DNA of 64,000 bases from Anthoceros angustus (lineage: Eukaryota; Plantae; Anthocerotophyta): contig MU008180.1 in assembly GCA_010909165.1 (NCBI GenBank), positions 681,884-745,883 on the forward strand, read 5' to 3'. Below the pieces are notes generated by a model. The model saw only the letters and a program-made list of their open reading frames with translations. It ran no database searches and was not told where the DNA came from. Below, piece after piece: positions 12,094 to 22,323 of this stretch. Both the position numbers and the translations under genes were made by a program. Position 1 is the first letter of the stretch. The number at the start of each line of letters is the position of its first letter.

Positions 12094-14624
12094 CAGAGTA
12101 TGAAATATTATTCCTAGATGGAAAAGGGAGTTGAATCAAGTACATGATAGGTGTTGAATGCAGCCGGGGCGGCATTGGCTGCGGTGTGGAATCGGATTGC
12201 GAAGGATTTTGTAAGGCGGTGACGGCAGGACTCGGAGTCGGAGAAAGATCTTGCGGGAGTGGGAATTGGCGCCAGGCGTAGGGTACATGACATAATGGTG
12301 ATGGAGGGATGGTAATGTAATTATTGACCTCATTTATGACCTCATTCACAGCCACAGCGCGGGACCCGGGGCCCGGGTCCTGCACTCAACGGGAGTGGCT
12401 GCATTCTCTCCGAGTCCTTCTCCTCCAGCTCCAGCTCCAGCTCCAGCTCAAGCTCCAGCTTCAGCGCCAGCTGCTGCTCCTCCTTGTGCGTCAGCTCGGG
12501 CTAATCCCGTGCGGAAGAAGGGGTTAGTCCCATCATGGATCGCGCAAGTTGTGCATGGCGAGCACGGTGGATTGGGAGGGAAGCGGAAGCGGAAGCGGAA
12601 GCGGAGGAGGCATCTCGGCGCGAGAATTAGGTCGAAGTGCGAGCGCGGGGCCTGGCAGATAGCGCCGGACTCGGACCTCGGGCTCGGAGCCCGGAATGCC
12701 TGGCCGATTATTAATACGCTAATGCGACGAATTGCGCGGGGCGAGTGAGGAGTCGGGTGGGGCGTCGCAGCGGGCTGGTGTAGGCCTAGGGCGTGTTTCA
12801 TTGGGGAGCGTGGAGCGTGGAGAGAGGCTGTCAGCGCCCGCCACATTCAACGGAGCCTCGGCTCCTGCCCCGAGCCCGAGCCTGGAGCCTGGAGCCTGGG
12901 GCCTGGGGCCTGGCTGCCCGTGTGGGCGCCGGGCTCTCACATGCGGGAAGCTGAGCCCGGCGGGCTGCCCGGCTGACTTTTTTAAGCAGCGAATGCCTGC
13001 GACTGCGCACGTAGCCCCGGGCCCCGGGCGTCCGGGCCCCCCGGGCCCCCGGGCCCCGGTCCCCGGTCCCCGGTCCGTCAGAGATTAACGCCGGTTAAAA
13101 TCATTGGCCGCGAGTCGGAAACCCGGACTATCGTAACTGTAACTACTAGTGCATGGTTGTACAATTGTCTAGTTCGCGTTTGTACCCCAACCGGAACGAA
13201 GCATGGAGCTGGAGCGGAATGAAGAATGAAAGGGAATGGCTTCATCCCCGCCCGCCCAGTGCGCGCAGGGCTGCTTCCGGGCTGCTTCGCCTTCGCCTTC
13301 GCCTTCGCCTTCTGCTTCTCTTACTTATGTTACTTCACTTTTACTCCCGAATCCCTGACTCCCGCTCCGCTTCTTCTTTTTATATGATAGGATCATTGTA
13401 TGCGAGATAGCAGTTATAGGTAGCTACTCGTACCGACGCGGGCGCCGTAGCTAAATTTTCTCCCAGAACAGCGGCCAGCCAGTGCGGGGGCGAGTCGCGG
13501 AAGTCGCTCCCTGCAGCGAACGACATGCGGATGGAACAGGGAAAGTGGGGAAGAGACGCACAGGGCCACCGGTGGCGCCGTCGGCGGGGCGCCCTTCGAC
13601 TTCGACTTCGCCTCTGCCTCTAGTTACAACACCATTCTGTTTCCTGTTTCCAGTCTCCAGTCTCCAGTCTCCTGTCTCCAGGCTCGTGTTTCCTGTAGCC
13701 TGTAGCAGTGGCTACTGTGCTGTAGAAGCAGCATCTTGCGCGAACATGGGCGCAGGCAGCTTCGGGTCGGGGCCCATGTTCTCGCGCCGAGACTGCAGGC
13801 CCTGCAATGCGAGGCCACATTCAGGCCCCACTCCCAGCACTCCCAGGCGCCCCGCTCCCGGAGACCCCTCACCCGCCCAAGCTCCTCGGCAACACTGTGA
13901 GGCGCACCACCCACGTACACCCTCCGTGTTTCCATCCCCCTGGACCCTCCACACACAATCCCCGCCGCCGCTCCACACACCGGCATGTGTTGCCCCCCGC
14001 TTCCGTCACCTCAACCCATGTTTGTCAACGTGTTTTCACGCCTCCATTACCCCGCCTGCCCTCCTCTGTTCAACAATCACGCGTCACGCCATTGCTCGCT
14101 CCCGGAACTCCACCCATCACCATCTTCCCCCCCAAAATTCCCACATCTTCCGCCGGAGATCAAAACGCTCTCATCTCAAAACTCCCTTTTCATTCCCTTT
14201 CATTCATTTGTGAACAAGTCTCGCGCACAAAGGCCGGACAACTTGAAAAAATATTGGGCGCTATTATTATGAGGTCCCTCTCCCGCCACTCGCTCTCACT
14301 ATTTACGTGTGTCACCGCTCAACCGCACCGCAAGCAGCCTTCATCGCTTCCACGCTCCGCTCTCACGGATCCCGGCTGAGGTAGGTAGGGCCTGCTCCTC
14401 CCTGCGCAACACATCGATCAAGCGCTGTTGTACCATCTCCATCCTCTTCACAAACTCCACAACGAAGCAAAGCAGTCTCAGCCTTTCCACCCACTTCCAC
14501 ATACCTCATGTTGCCTGCCTTGCCTTGCCTCGCCTTGCCTCCCTTGCCTGGCTGCCTGCATGGCTGCCTGTTGGAGCCGGGGTGCTGTGGATGAGAATGG
14601 ACAGGGCCGTGTTGCCTGCACGGG

Positions 14625-16835
14625 CTACCCTGCCTTCCTGCGGATGGTGGCTCTGGGCTCGAACAGCTTGGGGGCCTTCTTCACGTTGCCGCGGCCCAGG
14701 ACCTCGTACGTGAGGTAGTCAGGGCAGCACCTGGACTGCTCCATGTCCTCGAACAGGCGGCACATGAGGACCTTCTCCCCCGCGTGCTCCAGCCAGTTCA
14801 TGAGAGTGGTGTATGTGAACACGTCCGGGGTCACGCCGTTCCTCTTCATCTCCTGGAAGATGTGGCATGCCTCCCCCGCCTGCCCTGCGCTGCCCAGGGC
14901 GTCGATGTAGGCGTTGTAGGCTATCAGGTTGCCCTCGATGCCGCTGTCCTTCATCTCCTGGAACAGCTTGCGGGCGATGTGGGTGCGTCCTGTCTTGCCC
15001 AGGGCGTCGATTAGGGCACTGTATGTCACCACGTCCGGGGGGATGCCTGCTGCCTTCATCTCTGTCAGGAGCTTCATGGCGTGGTTTATCCTCCATGCTT
15101 TGCCACAAGCGTCGATGATGGTGTTGTAGGTGATGAGGTCGGGGCGGATGCCCTTCTCCTTCATCTCGTCGAACAGCGCCAGGGCGTCGGTGATCTCCCC
15201 TTCCTTGCCGTAGGAGTCGATGAGGATGTTGTACACAGTCACAGTGAGTTCCATGCCCTTGTCCTTCATCTCCTTGAACACTGCGTATGCGTCGTGCCGT
15301 CGTCCCGCCCTGTCGAAGCCGTCGATGAGGATGTTGTAGGTGATGGGATCCGGGGCCACTCCCCGTGCCTTCATCTCCTCCAAGTAGCTCAATGCCTTTC
15401 CTGCTTGCCCCGGTTCTTTGAAGTAGCCATCCATCATGCTGTTGTAGGCTATGACGTTGGGAACCTTCCGCAGTTGCTTCAGCTTGTCGAAGTACCTGCC
15501 TGCAAGTTCCATCCGGCGGGCCTTTGCAAGCGCGCTGATCATAGTGTGGTAGCTGCATTCGTCTGGGCTGATGTTCTGGGCCTTCATCTCCTTGAACAGC
15601 TTGCGTGCCTTGTCTGCTTCGCCCACCTTGCCATACCCATCCATCATCACGTTGTAGGCAAATACGTTTGCTATTCCATGCTGCTTCATCTCTTCGAACA
15701 GCTCGCTTGCATGATCCATGTGCTTGCTCTTGCGTAGGGCACTGAGGAGGACACCGTAGCTGTATGCAGTGGGTACTATCCCCTTGTTCTTCATCTCTTC
15801 GAACTGCAGCCAAGCCCCACCCACTTCACCCACCTTGATGAAGCCGTCCACCAGAGCACTATACGTGAGCACACTAGGAGTCCAACCCTTCTCTTTCATC
15901 TCGTCGAACAGCTTGCAAGCTTCATCCATTTTGCCCTGCTTCGCAAAGCTGTTCATCATGCAGGTGTAGGTATACGAGTCCGGTGTGCATTCCACTTCCA
16001 GCATCCGCTGGAAAACCATCAGACAAGTCATATGCTCACCCGACTCCGCCAGCACGTTGATCAGGCTGTTGAAGGTGATCACATTCGGAGGGCAGCCGTA
16101 GATAGGCATGGTATCCAGAATCTCAACTGCCTCCTTGAACTTCCTGGCCTTGCCATACCCGATGATGAGGGTGGTGAATGTGGAACTCAGGTTGCAGCCC
16201 CTCTTGTGCATTTTGCCCAAGATGCTTGACACCTCCTCAAACTTTCGGGATCTGCAAACCAGTTTCACCAACGCACTATAAGCTGAGCAGCTGAGCACCG
16301 AATTCACTGTCGATTCAGCCCACCGCAAGAAGGTCAAGGCAGTTTCGACCTGCTGTTGCTCCCTCAGCACCTCTGCCACCACGACTGGTGTCATGCTTCC
16401 CTTCACCTCATTCAAGGCCTCCTCCAAACGAGAACTACATGTCTCCTTCTTCAGCTTACTCGAGATCCACGCAATCATTTCATCCCTACCCATTGGTCTC
16501 TTCTCATCCGAATCACGAACCAGATGTGGCCCCACTGTCAAATGCCTCTCCATTCCTAGCTTGCACTTGCTCATCAGGCGTGTGCTGCGAGAGGTCTGCA
16601 AACTTTGGGGCACAAAATTTGCATACGTTAGAATTCCGTAAACCCCAGACTTCAGCTGCAGAGGCACATCGATACGCACGTATCCTGACCCACTGCCCCA
16701 TTTCCATGACGTCGTGAAGAGCTGCCTTGAACGGTCCCCACAACCACAGAATTGCTGGATAAACCTCCAGCATTTCCATTGGACTCCACTTCCACAAATA
16801 ATCCGATGCTGTCGCAGCAAGGAGAATGACTTCAT
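14625..16835 (-). CDS. P-class pentatricopeptide repeat protein, probably organelle-targeted
   Basis: Long tandem 35-aa repeats such as PDLITYNTIIDACGKAWRINHAMKLLTEMKAAGIP and PDVVTYSALIDALGKTGR; no E or DYW extension. First in-frame ATG is 16835; an upstream exon is possible (acceptor-like tggcag near 16872). Confidence 0.95.
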   Translation of the reverse strand: MKSFSLLRQHRIICGSGVQWKCWRFIQQFCGCGDRSRQLFTTSWKWGSGSGYVRIDVPLQLKSGVYGILTYANFVPQSLQTSRSTRLMSKCKLGMERHLTVGPHLVRDSDEKRPMGRDEMIAWISSKLKKETCSSRLEEALNEVKGSMTPVVVAEVLREQQQVETALTFLRWAESTVNSVLSCSAYSALVKLVCRSRKFEEVSSILGKMHKRGCNLSSTFTTLIIGYGKARKFKEAVEILDTMPIYGCPPNVITFNSLINVLAESGEHMTCLMVFQRMLEVECTPDSYTYTCMMNSFAKQGKMDEACKLFDEMKEKGWTPSVLTYSALVDGFIKVGEVGGAWLQFEEMKNKGIVPTAYSYGVLLSALRKSKHMDHASELFEEMKQHGIANVFAYNVMMDGYGKVGEADKARKLFKEMKAQNISPDECSYHTMISALAKARRMELAGRYFDKLKQLRKVPNVIAYNSMMDGYFKEPGQAGKALSYLEEMKARGVAPDPITYNILIDGFDRAGRRHDAYAVFKEMKDKGMELTVTVYNILIDSYGKEGEITDALALFDEMKEKGIRPDLITYNTIIDACGKAWRINHAMKLLTEMKAAGIPPDVVTYSALIDALGKTGRTHIARKLFQEMKDSGIEGNLIAYNAYIDALGSAGQAGEACHIFQEMKRNGVTPDVFTYTTLMNWLEHAGEKVLMCRLFEDMEQSRCCPDYLTYEVLGRGNVKKAPKLFEPRATIRRKAG

Positions 16836-17467
16836 GCTGGCTCTAAGAGCGGACTGCGTGATGGGGACTTCCTGCCACAATCACTACCTCGGATGAGGGG
16901 CTGCGGACACCCGACATCGTCCATCGAGAGCCGCATCCTTTCTGCTGAATGCCTTACAAACTTTATACGTTTGTAGAGAAATGTCCTACGTTCTACAACC
17001 CTAAACCCCAGTGATCTTCTTTGTGTACCCCGGTGTTGCAGAGAATCACATGCAGTGAAAATGGGAACTACGGCTGGAGCTGCTCCACCCACAATCCGCC
17101 AAGCATGCCCGCCCTCCATCTGTGTTGCGCACCAAGATGCTGCTTCTCCAGCTTTGCCACGGTTCTGCTCGCAAGGCCGAATCAACAGTCCAGGTTACTA
17201 GTTTCTCCTCATTGCGAAGCCCACGGGAACGTTCGGCCCTCGTTAGCTGACGTAGTGCTGGTCTCCGCAGCTGATTCCCAGCGCCTACGAGGACCTTGGA
17301 ACAGCTGTTCCATCAGCTGCAAGGGTGTTTCTAATGGAAAGCCAGGCAGAGGTACGTGTCAGTGCTCCTCCTCAAAATTTTGCTTCACTGGATAGAGTGG
17401 AAATGCCACAGTTCTATGCAAGATAGGTGTGTGGGAATTGCTTGTGTGCTAAGTTTGCCCACTTATA

Positions 17468-19037
17468 ATGGTAGGAAGAGGTGGGCAACAAGCAGGTCCT
17501 ACTGGAAATGGTGATATTTATTCCAGCAGAAGGCCTGGTGGTGTGGGAGGCTGGTCTCCACATCTCTCTGATGTATCATCAGCAAGAACGGAGGCAGGTG
17601 GGAGTTTTGCGGGAAGTTCCGGAGGAAAGTTAAGCAAGTCCGAAAAGAGGTTTGGGAAGGAGCATGAAGGTGAGGATCCATACCGTGAGCTCGAAGGTGG
17701 TGGGAAAGTGTACCTTGATGAGCTCGACATTCTGGACTTGCTGGACCCACACCCTTTCTTGCGTCCCATGAAGCGGTCGACTTACAACCATGCAGCATTT
17801 ATTTGGTGCGGGTTCCTCCATGAGTGTCCGGATTCTTTCCTCCATGCTGCATATTTCCCAGTTCTCCTCACTCCATTGATCTGCACGCGATTGCAGGAAA
17901 AAGATAGGAGATATTCCAGAGGAACGAAGGCATCGTTTAATCGAAATACTTCAGCCTAAGTGAGACTTGTTTGAGCAACCTGTTCACTTGTCTGAGCTTG
18001 CACCGTAGTACAGACATAATCTTTTGATGCTATTGTTCATCTCCTTAGGTTGTGAAACATCTTGGTCCAGGCACATTGACAAAATGTGGGAGCTAGCTGG
18101 CTTGAGGTATGAGGATGACAACCTTGCTGCAGAAGATCCTTTTAGCATGTTTGCAACCATGGATCGCGGAAAACCTGTGTACTGGGATGGACAAGTCAAT
18201 GGAGGTAAGAGCTGTGGTGAAGTCCACTTCAAGGAAGTAGAATCCCATAGAGATCCGGGCTGCGTTCGTCTTGCATTCCTGAAATCTTGCTGTTGTGTGG
18301 ACTGTGGTTTGACTTCGAAGTACCTTGGGCTATTGGTTGGTGCAGCAGGTTCCAGAAGGTGAGCTTTTCCGCTGTTCCTAAACGCTTGCATGTTTCCATC
18401 ATTTGTCTTGGACCACAGTTCCAAACCATGTTACTTCCATTGAATCTGTTTCCTTGACTCCTTCACAGGTCTTCTTCAAGGGTCAGGATGGGAGGCTGTT
18501 CGGAAGGACGATTGCAGGTATTCCATTTCTCTTGGCTTCAACCATCTCTCTGAATTTTGGGATATTGCTCACTGAAGCTGAACTGCGCAGGAGGGCTGTT
18601 GAAGCATGCAGTAAGCCGTCTCGCTCCGCTGTACTTTGAAGTCAAGAGAGCCAGCATTGTGAAAGCCACGGATGAGCCCTGCGATCTTGCGTTTGATTAT
18701 GGCTCGGGGCAACTACATTTGCAGGGGACCTTGCCCCAGGGCTTCCCAGCTCCAGGTACCTCCTCTTCGTTTCCCGTAAACGTGAAAGTATCACAGGTAT
18801 CCAGGTCAGGCTTCATGGTTGATGAGTAAGTTTCATGATGCAGCAAAACATTTGGGACCTTTCGGTGACGCGTACTTCGACTATGTGAGGGCTGTCGGGC
18901 CTGGTGTTGTTGTGGGCCAGGTCTGGCAAGAGGGCTTACATCCGGACCAGCCCCCTCAGCCACGGCTTGGTAACTTTGCCCTTGTAAAGCGGTACGGCAA
19001 CAGCGATGCGGAGCCGGAGGGCAGCAAGACTGGATAA
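17468..19037 (+). CDS. Uncharacterised spliced protein (about 7 exons)
   Basis: Exons join in frame with GT-AG: HAAFIW|KKIGDIPEERRHRLIEILQPK|HIDKMWELAGLRY...GQVNG|VPWAIGWCSRFQK|VFFKGQDGRLFGRTIA|GGLLKHAVSRLAPLYFEV...|GQASWLMSKF...GNFALVKRY. No family recognised. Confidence 0.75.
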
Positions 19038-19076
19038 CACCTTCCTTGTGCCCGCAGCGAGGCCATCTGCCTTGGA

Positions 19077-21701
19077 TCAATCAGTGTCTGCATCCAACAG
19101 GCCTGAACATAGCTCTTGAAGTGCTTCACAGAGCATCGCCTCTTGTCGATGTCTCTGGTCCCCTGCCATGAATTTGTGAACCTGCTGCTCATGCTCTATC
19201 CAGCTTTGGCCTGGAGGCTTCCATGCACGGGCCCTGAGTCTCAGCTCATCTATCTCACTTGCAGAATCCAACTCGCCAGCAATGGCATATATGTTCGACA
19301 TCAGCACATAGGCCGAAGCCTGCTTTGGGTCTAGACTCACGGCATGCCCGAAGGCATCTCTTCCAAGCTCTACGTTGCCGTGTTTCCGACAAGCACCCAA
19401 GAGACACAACCACAGAGACAGGTTGGGCTGCATCGGCATGCTTCCCAGCAGCCGTTCAACCCGGCTGAACATTCCTGCACGGCCGAACAGGTCGATCATG
19501 CAGACATAGTGCTCCACCTCGGCACCAACTTCGTAATCTCTAGTCATGCTCTCGAAGTACTGCATTCCTTCGTCCACCATGCCAGCATGACTGCACGCTG
19601 ACAGGAGCGCCAGAAACGTAACGCTGTTCGGCCTCAAGCCTGCCAGACACATCTGCTCAAAACAATGAGCCGTCATCTCGCAACGCCCTTGGCGTGCGTA
19701 TCCAGCAATCAGCGCATTCCAAGCCACCGCATCCGGCTGCGGCAGGGACTCGAACACGGTTTGCGCATCTCCCATACTCCCGCACTTGCCGTAGGCGTGG
19801 ATCAGACTAGTTGCCAGAGGAAGACTGCATCGGACTCCACTATCCATCATATGCCGGTGCACGAGCAGACACATGGCCAAGGCTCCTGTGTTGCTGCAGG
19901 CCTCTAGGGCTGAAAGGAATGTGGCTTCGTCTGATTTCACACCTTGTTTCTGCATCTCAGCGAAGATCTGCAACGCCTGTTCTCCTTGCTCGTGGTGAGC
20001 ATATGCTGCTATCATGGCGTTCCATGACACAACGTCTCGGCATGACAGCTGGTCAAACAAGCGCTGAGCCTCCTTGATGCTTCCGCACTTTGCATACATA
20101 CTCACCAAGGTGTTACCGACGAAGACATCAGATCCGAACCCCGCCGTGGCAGCATCTGCATGTAGTTTCTTCCCCTTCTGCAACATCCTCTCTTTGTTCG
20201 CTTGCCCTTGCAGGGATTCGGTGTCCTCCTGTTCGGCAACGGCTCCACAAGCTTGAAGACAGCTGACAAAAGTTCGGGCATTTGGCCTGATCCCTTTGTC
20301 TTGCATTTCGTCGTACAGCTGCAGCGCCAGTTCTCCTTGGCCCTGCTGAGCATATGCTGCGAACATGGCATTCCAGGACACTACATTCCGATGGGACAAT
20401 CCATCGAACACCTGTTTAGCATCCTCGATTCTTCCACACTTAGCATACAAGCTGACTAAAGTACTAGCAACGAAGCTGTTTGATAGAAATCTTCGTGCAG
20501 CAGCTTCAGCATGAATCTGATGCACATTCCATAAAGACCCCAGCTTGACAGTATGTCCATCCGCGAGTGTGATTTCCTCCTCCCTTTCGGCAAGGGCGCC
20601 ACAGGCTTGGAGAGAGCTCACAAAGGTCCGTGCATCGGGCTTGATGCCCTGCTCTTGCATTTGCCTGAAAATGTGCAACGCCTTTTCGCCTTCTTCCTGT
20701 TCAGCATAAGCTGCGATCATGGCATTCCATGAGACTACATCCCGCTCCGACAATCGATGAAATACCTGTTCCACATCCATGATGCTCCCACATTTTGCAT
20801 ACATGGTAACCAGACTGTTCCCGACAAATAGATCCGATTCAAAGCCTCTTGAAGCAGCAGCAGCATGTAGGCCCTTACCCACCTGCAGTGACTCTACTTT
20901 CACTCTTTGCCCATCCACAAAGGCCTTTTCCTCCTTCTCTGCAACCCCACCGCATGCCTGGAGAACGCTGACAAAGGTCCTTGCATCTGGCAAAACCCCT
21001 TCCTCTAGCATTTGCTCAAATATCTGCAAAGCTTTTTCACCTTGCTCCTGCTGCGCATAAGCTGCTAGCATGGCATTCCACGACACAGCATCCGGTTTGG
21101 ACAGTGTGTCAAACACCAGCTGCGCGGTCACAATGCTCCCACATTTTGCATACATACTCACCAGGGTGCTCCCAACATATGTGTCCGCTTCTAACCCACG
21201 TCTAAGAACCTCAGCATGAATCCTCTTACCCTGTTCCAGATCCTCCAACCTACTGCAAGCTTTGAGTAAGCTGACAGCCGTATATTTGTCAATCTGCACT
21301 CCTTCCTGCACCATTTGGTCGTAGCAGGACAGTGCCTCGTGCCACTGCCCAGCATTGCTATACCCTGCAATGATAGCTGTCCAGGAGAAGACAGTTCGGT
21401 GGGGCAATCTTCGAAAGACATGCAGCCCATCTGCAAGGCTTCCGCACTTGACGAGTGTGATCACCACAAGTTCGCCCAATATCCTATGCGACTCCAACCC
21501 ATTCGTTTCTATGTCTGCATGCACCCGCTTGGCCACAGCGAGGTCTTTGTTTCTCATGCACTCCTGCAGGACCTTCCGATATGTGTGCACCTGTTGCGCA
21601 CTCCCCTGCCACGCAGCCAGCTCTTTGTCCAGCTGTCCCTCCTTGCATTTGTTCTCTGCTCCTGGAGATAGGACCTGTGCCCTGCAAACCAATATACACA
21701 T
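19077..21701 (-). CDS. PLS-class PPR protein with E1/E2/E+ extension and no DYW domain (organellar RNA-editing specificity factor type)
   Basis: P-L-S triplets (DVVSWNAMIAAYA / ARTFVSxLQACG / FVGNTLVSMYAKCG), E motifs (WLCLLGACRKHGNVELG, SAYVLMSNIYA), PG box KPPGQSWIEHEQQVHKF, then stop. The true start may lie in an upstream exon; the ORF track start at 21746 is a TTG. Confidence 0.95.
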   Translation of the reverse strand: MCILVCRAQVLSPGAENKCKEGQLDKELAAWQGSAQQVHTYRKVLQECMRNKDLAVAKRVHADIETNGLESHRILGELVVITLVKCGSLADGLHVFRRLPHRTVFSWTAIIAGYSNAGQWHEALSCYDQMVQEGVQIDKYTAVSLLKACSRLEDLEQGKRIHAEVLRRGLEADTYVGSTLVSMYAKCGSIVTAQLVFDTLSKPDAVSWNAMLAAYAQQEQGEKALQIFEQMLEEGVLPDARTFVSVLQACGGVAEKEEKAFVDGQRVKVESLQVGKGLHAAAASRGFESDLFVGNSLVTMYAKCGSIMDVEQVFHRLSERDVVSWNAMIAAYAEQEEGEKALHIFRQMQEQGIKPDARTFVSSLQACGALAEREEEITLADGHTVKLGSLWNVHQIHAEAAARRFLSNSFVASTLVSLYAKCGRIEDAKQVFDGLSHRNVVSWNAMFAAYAQQGQGELALQLYDEMQDKGIRPNARTFVSCLQACGAVAEQEDTESLQGQANKERMLQKGKKLHADAATAGFGSDVFVGNTLVSMYAKCGSIKEAQRLFDQLSCRDVVSWNAMIAAYAHHEQGEQALQIFAEMQKQGVKSDEATFLSALEACSNTGALAMCLLVHRHMMDSGVRCSLPLATSLIHAYGKCGSMGDAQTVFESLPQPDAVAWNALIAGYARQGRCEMTAHCFEQMCLAGLRPNSVTFLALLSACSHAGMVDEGMQYFESMTRDYEVGAEVEHYVCMIDLFGRAGMFSRVERLLGSMPMQPNLSLWLCLLGACRKHGNVELGRDAFGHAVSLDPKQASAYVLMSNIYAIAGELDSASEIDELRLRARAWKPPGQSWIEHEQQVHKFMAGDQRHRQEAMLCEALQELCSGLLDADTD

Positions 21702-22323
21702 TGAGCTGGGAAACAGCAACCCATTCTCAGTGATGGTTGTTGACAAGCGGCGAATTACCTTTCATCTCCAGTGCAGATTGAGCATATACCGCCATAGGTA
21801 GCTGGAAACCCATTCAAACAGACTTGCATAGCATTGGGCCAATCTACCCCAAAGCAGCCTGCCGACGAGCTGTCGGCAAGTATGCTGTCACAGTTTTTAC
21901 GTCACACATGTAAGTGCAGAGACGCTGGGAAGTGAAGGGACCTTCTGGACCATGCATCAGAACGCTGTGGAAACGGGGATCCCTGTTTATCTTCGTCCAC
22001 GAATTCCCTTTGGTTCCCTTCGAATTTTCGTATCAATCTCTGGACTATGTATCATGTAATACACTCATAAGGACCAGAAATGGAACGGGTGAGGGTGGCT
22101 GTGGGTTTTACGATCCTGAGACAGAAGCAATGGCAGCGAAGTGACCAGGGCGCGGTAATACATTTTCACGGCAGGTTAAAAGACTGCCGAAGCCTCTCAT
22201 CGGAGCGCACGAGGCAGAGAAGGCCACTGAACACACACTGGAGATCAAAAGGAACCCGAACACTAAAATAGGTACCTGTTTAAAAGTCTGAAACTACGAA
22301 CTGTCTGTGTAGACTAATTACAC

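Noticed and set aside
14138-14147. TCCCACATC resembling the plant snRNA upstream sequence element
   Set aside because: No TATA box at the expected spacing and no recognisable snRNA downstream.
14719-15813. 364-aa alternative-frame ORF and several antisense ORFs within the P-class PPR
   Set aside because: Frame shadows of the repeated PPR codons.
18205-18299. Apparent non-canonical GT-TG intron in the uncharacterised gene
   Set aside because: A canonical AG at 18319-18320 gives the correct phase (GQVNG|VPWAIG), so no unusual acceptor is needed.
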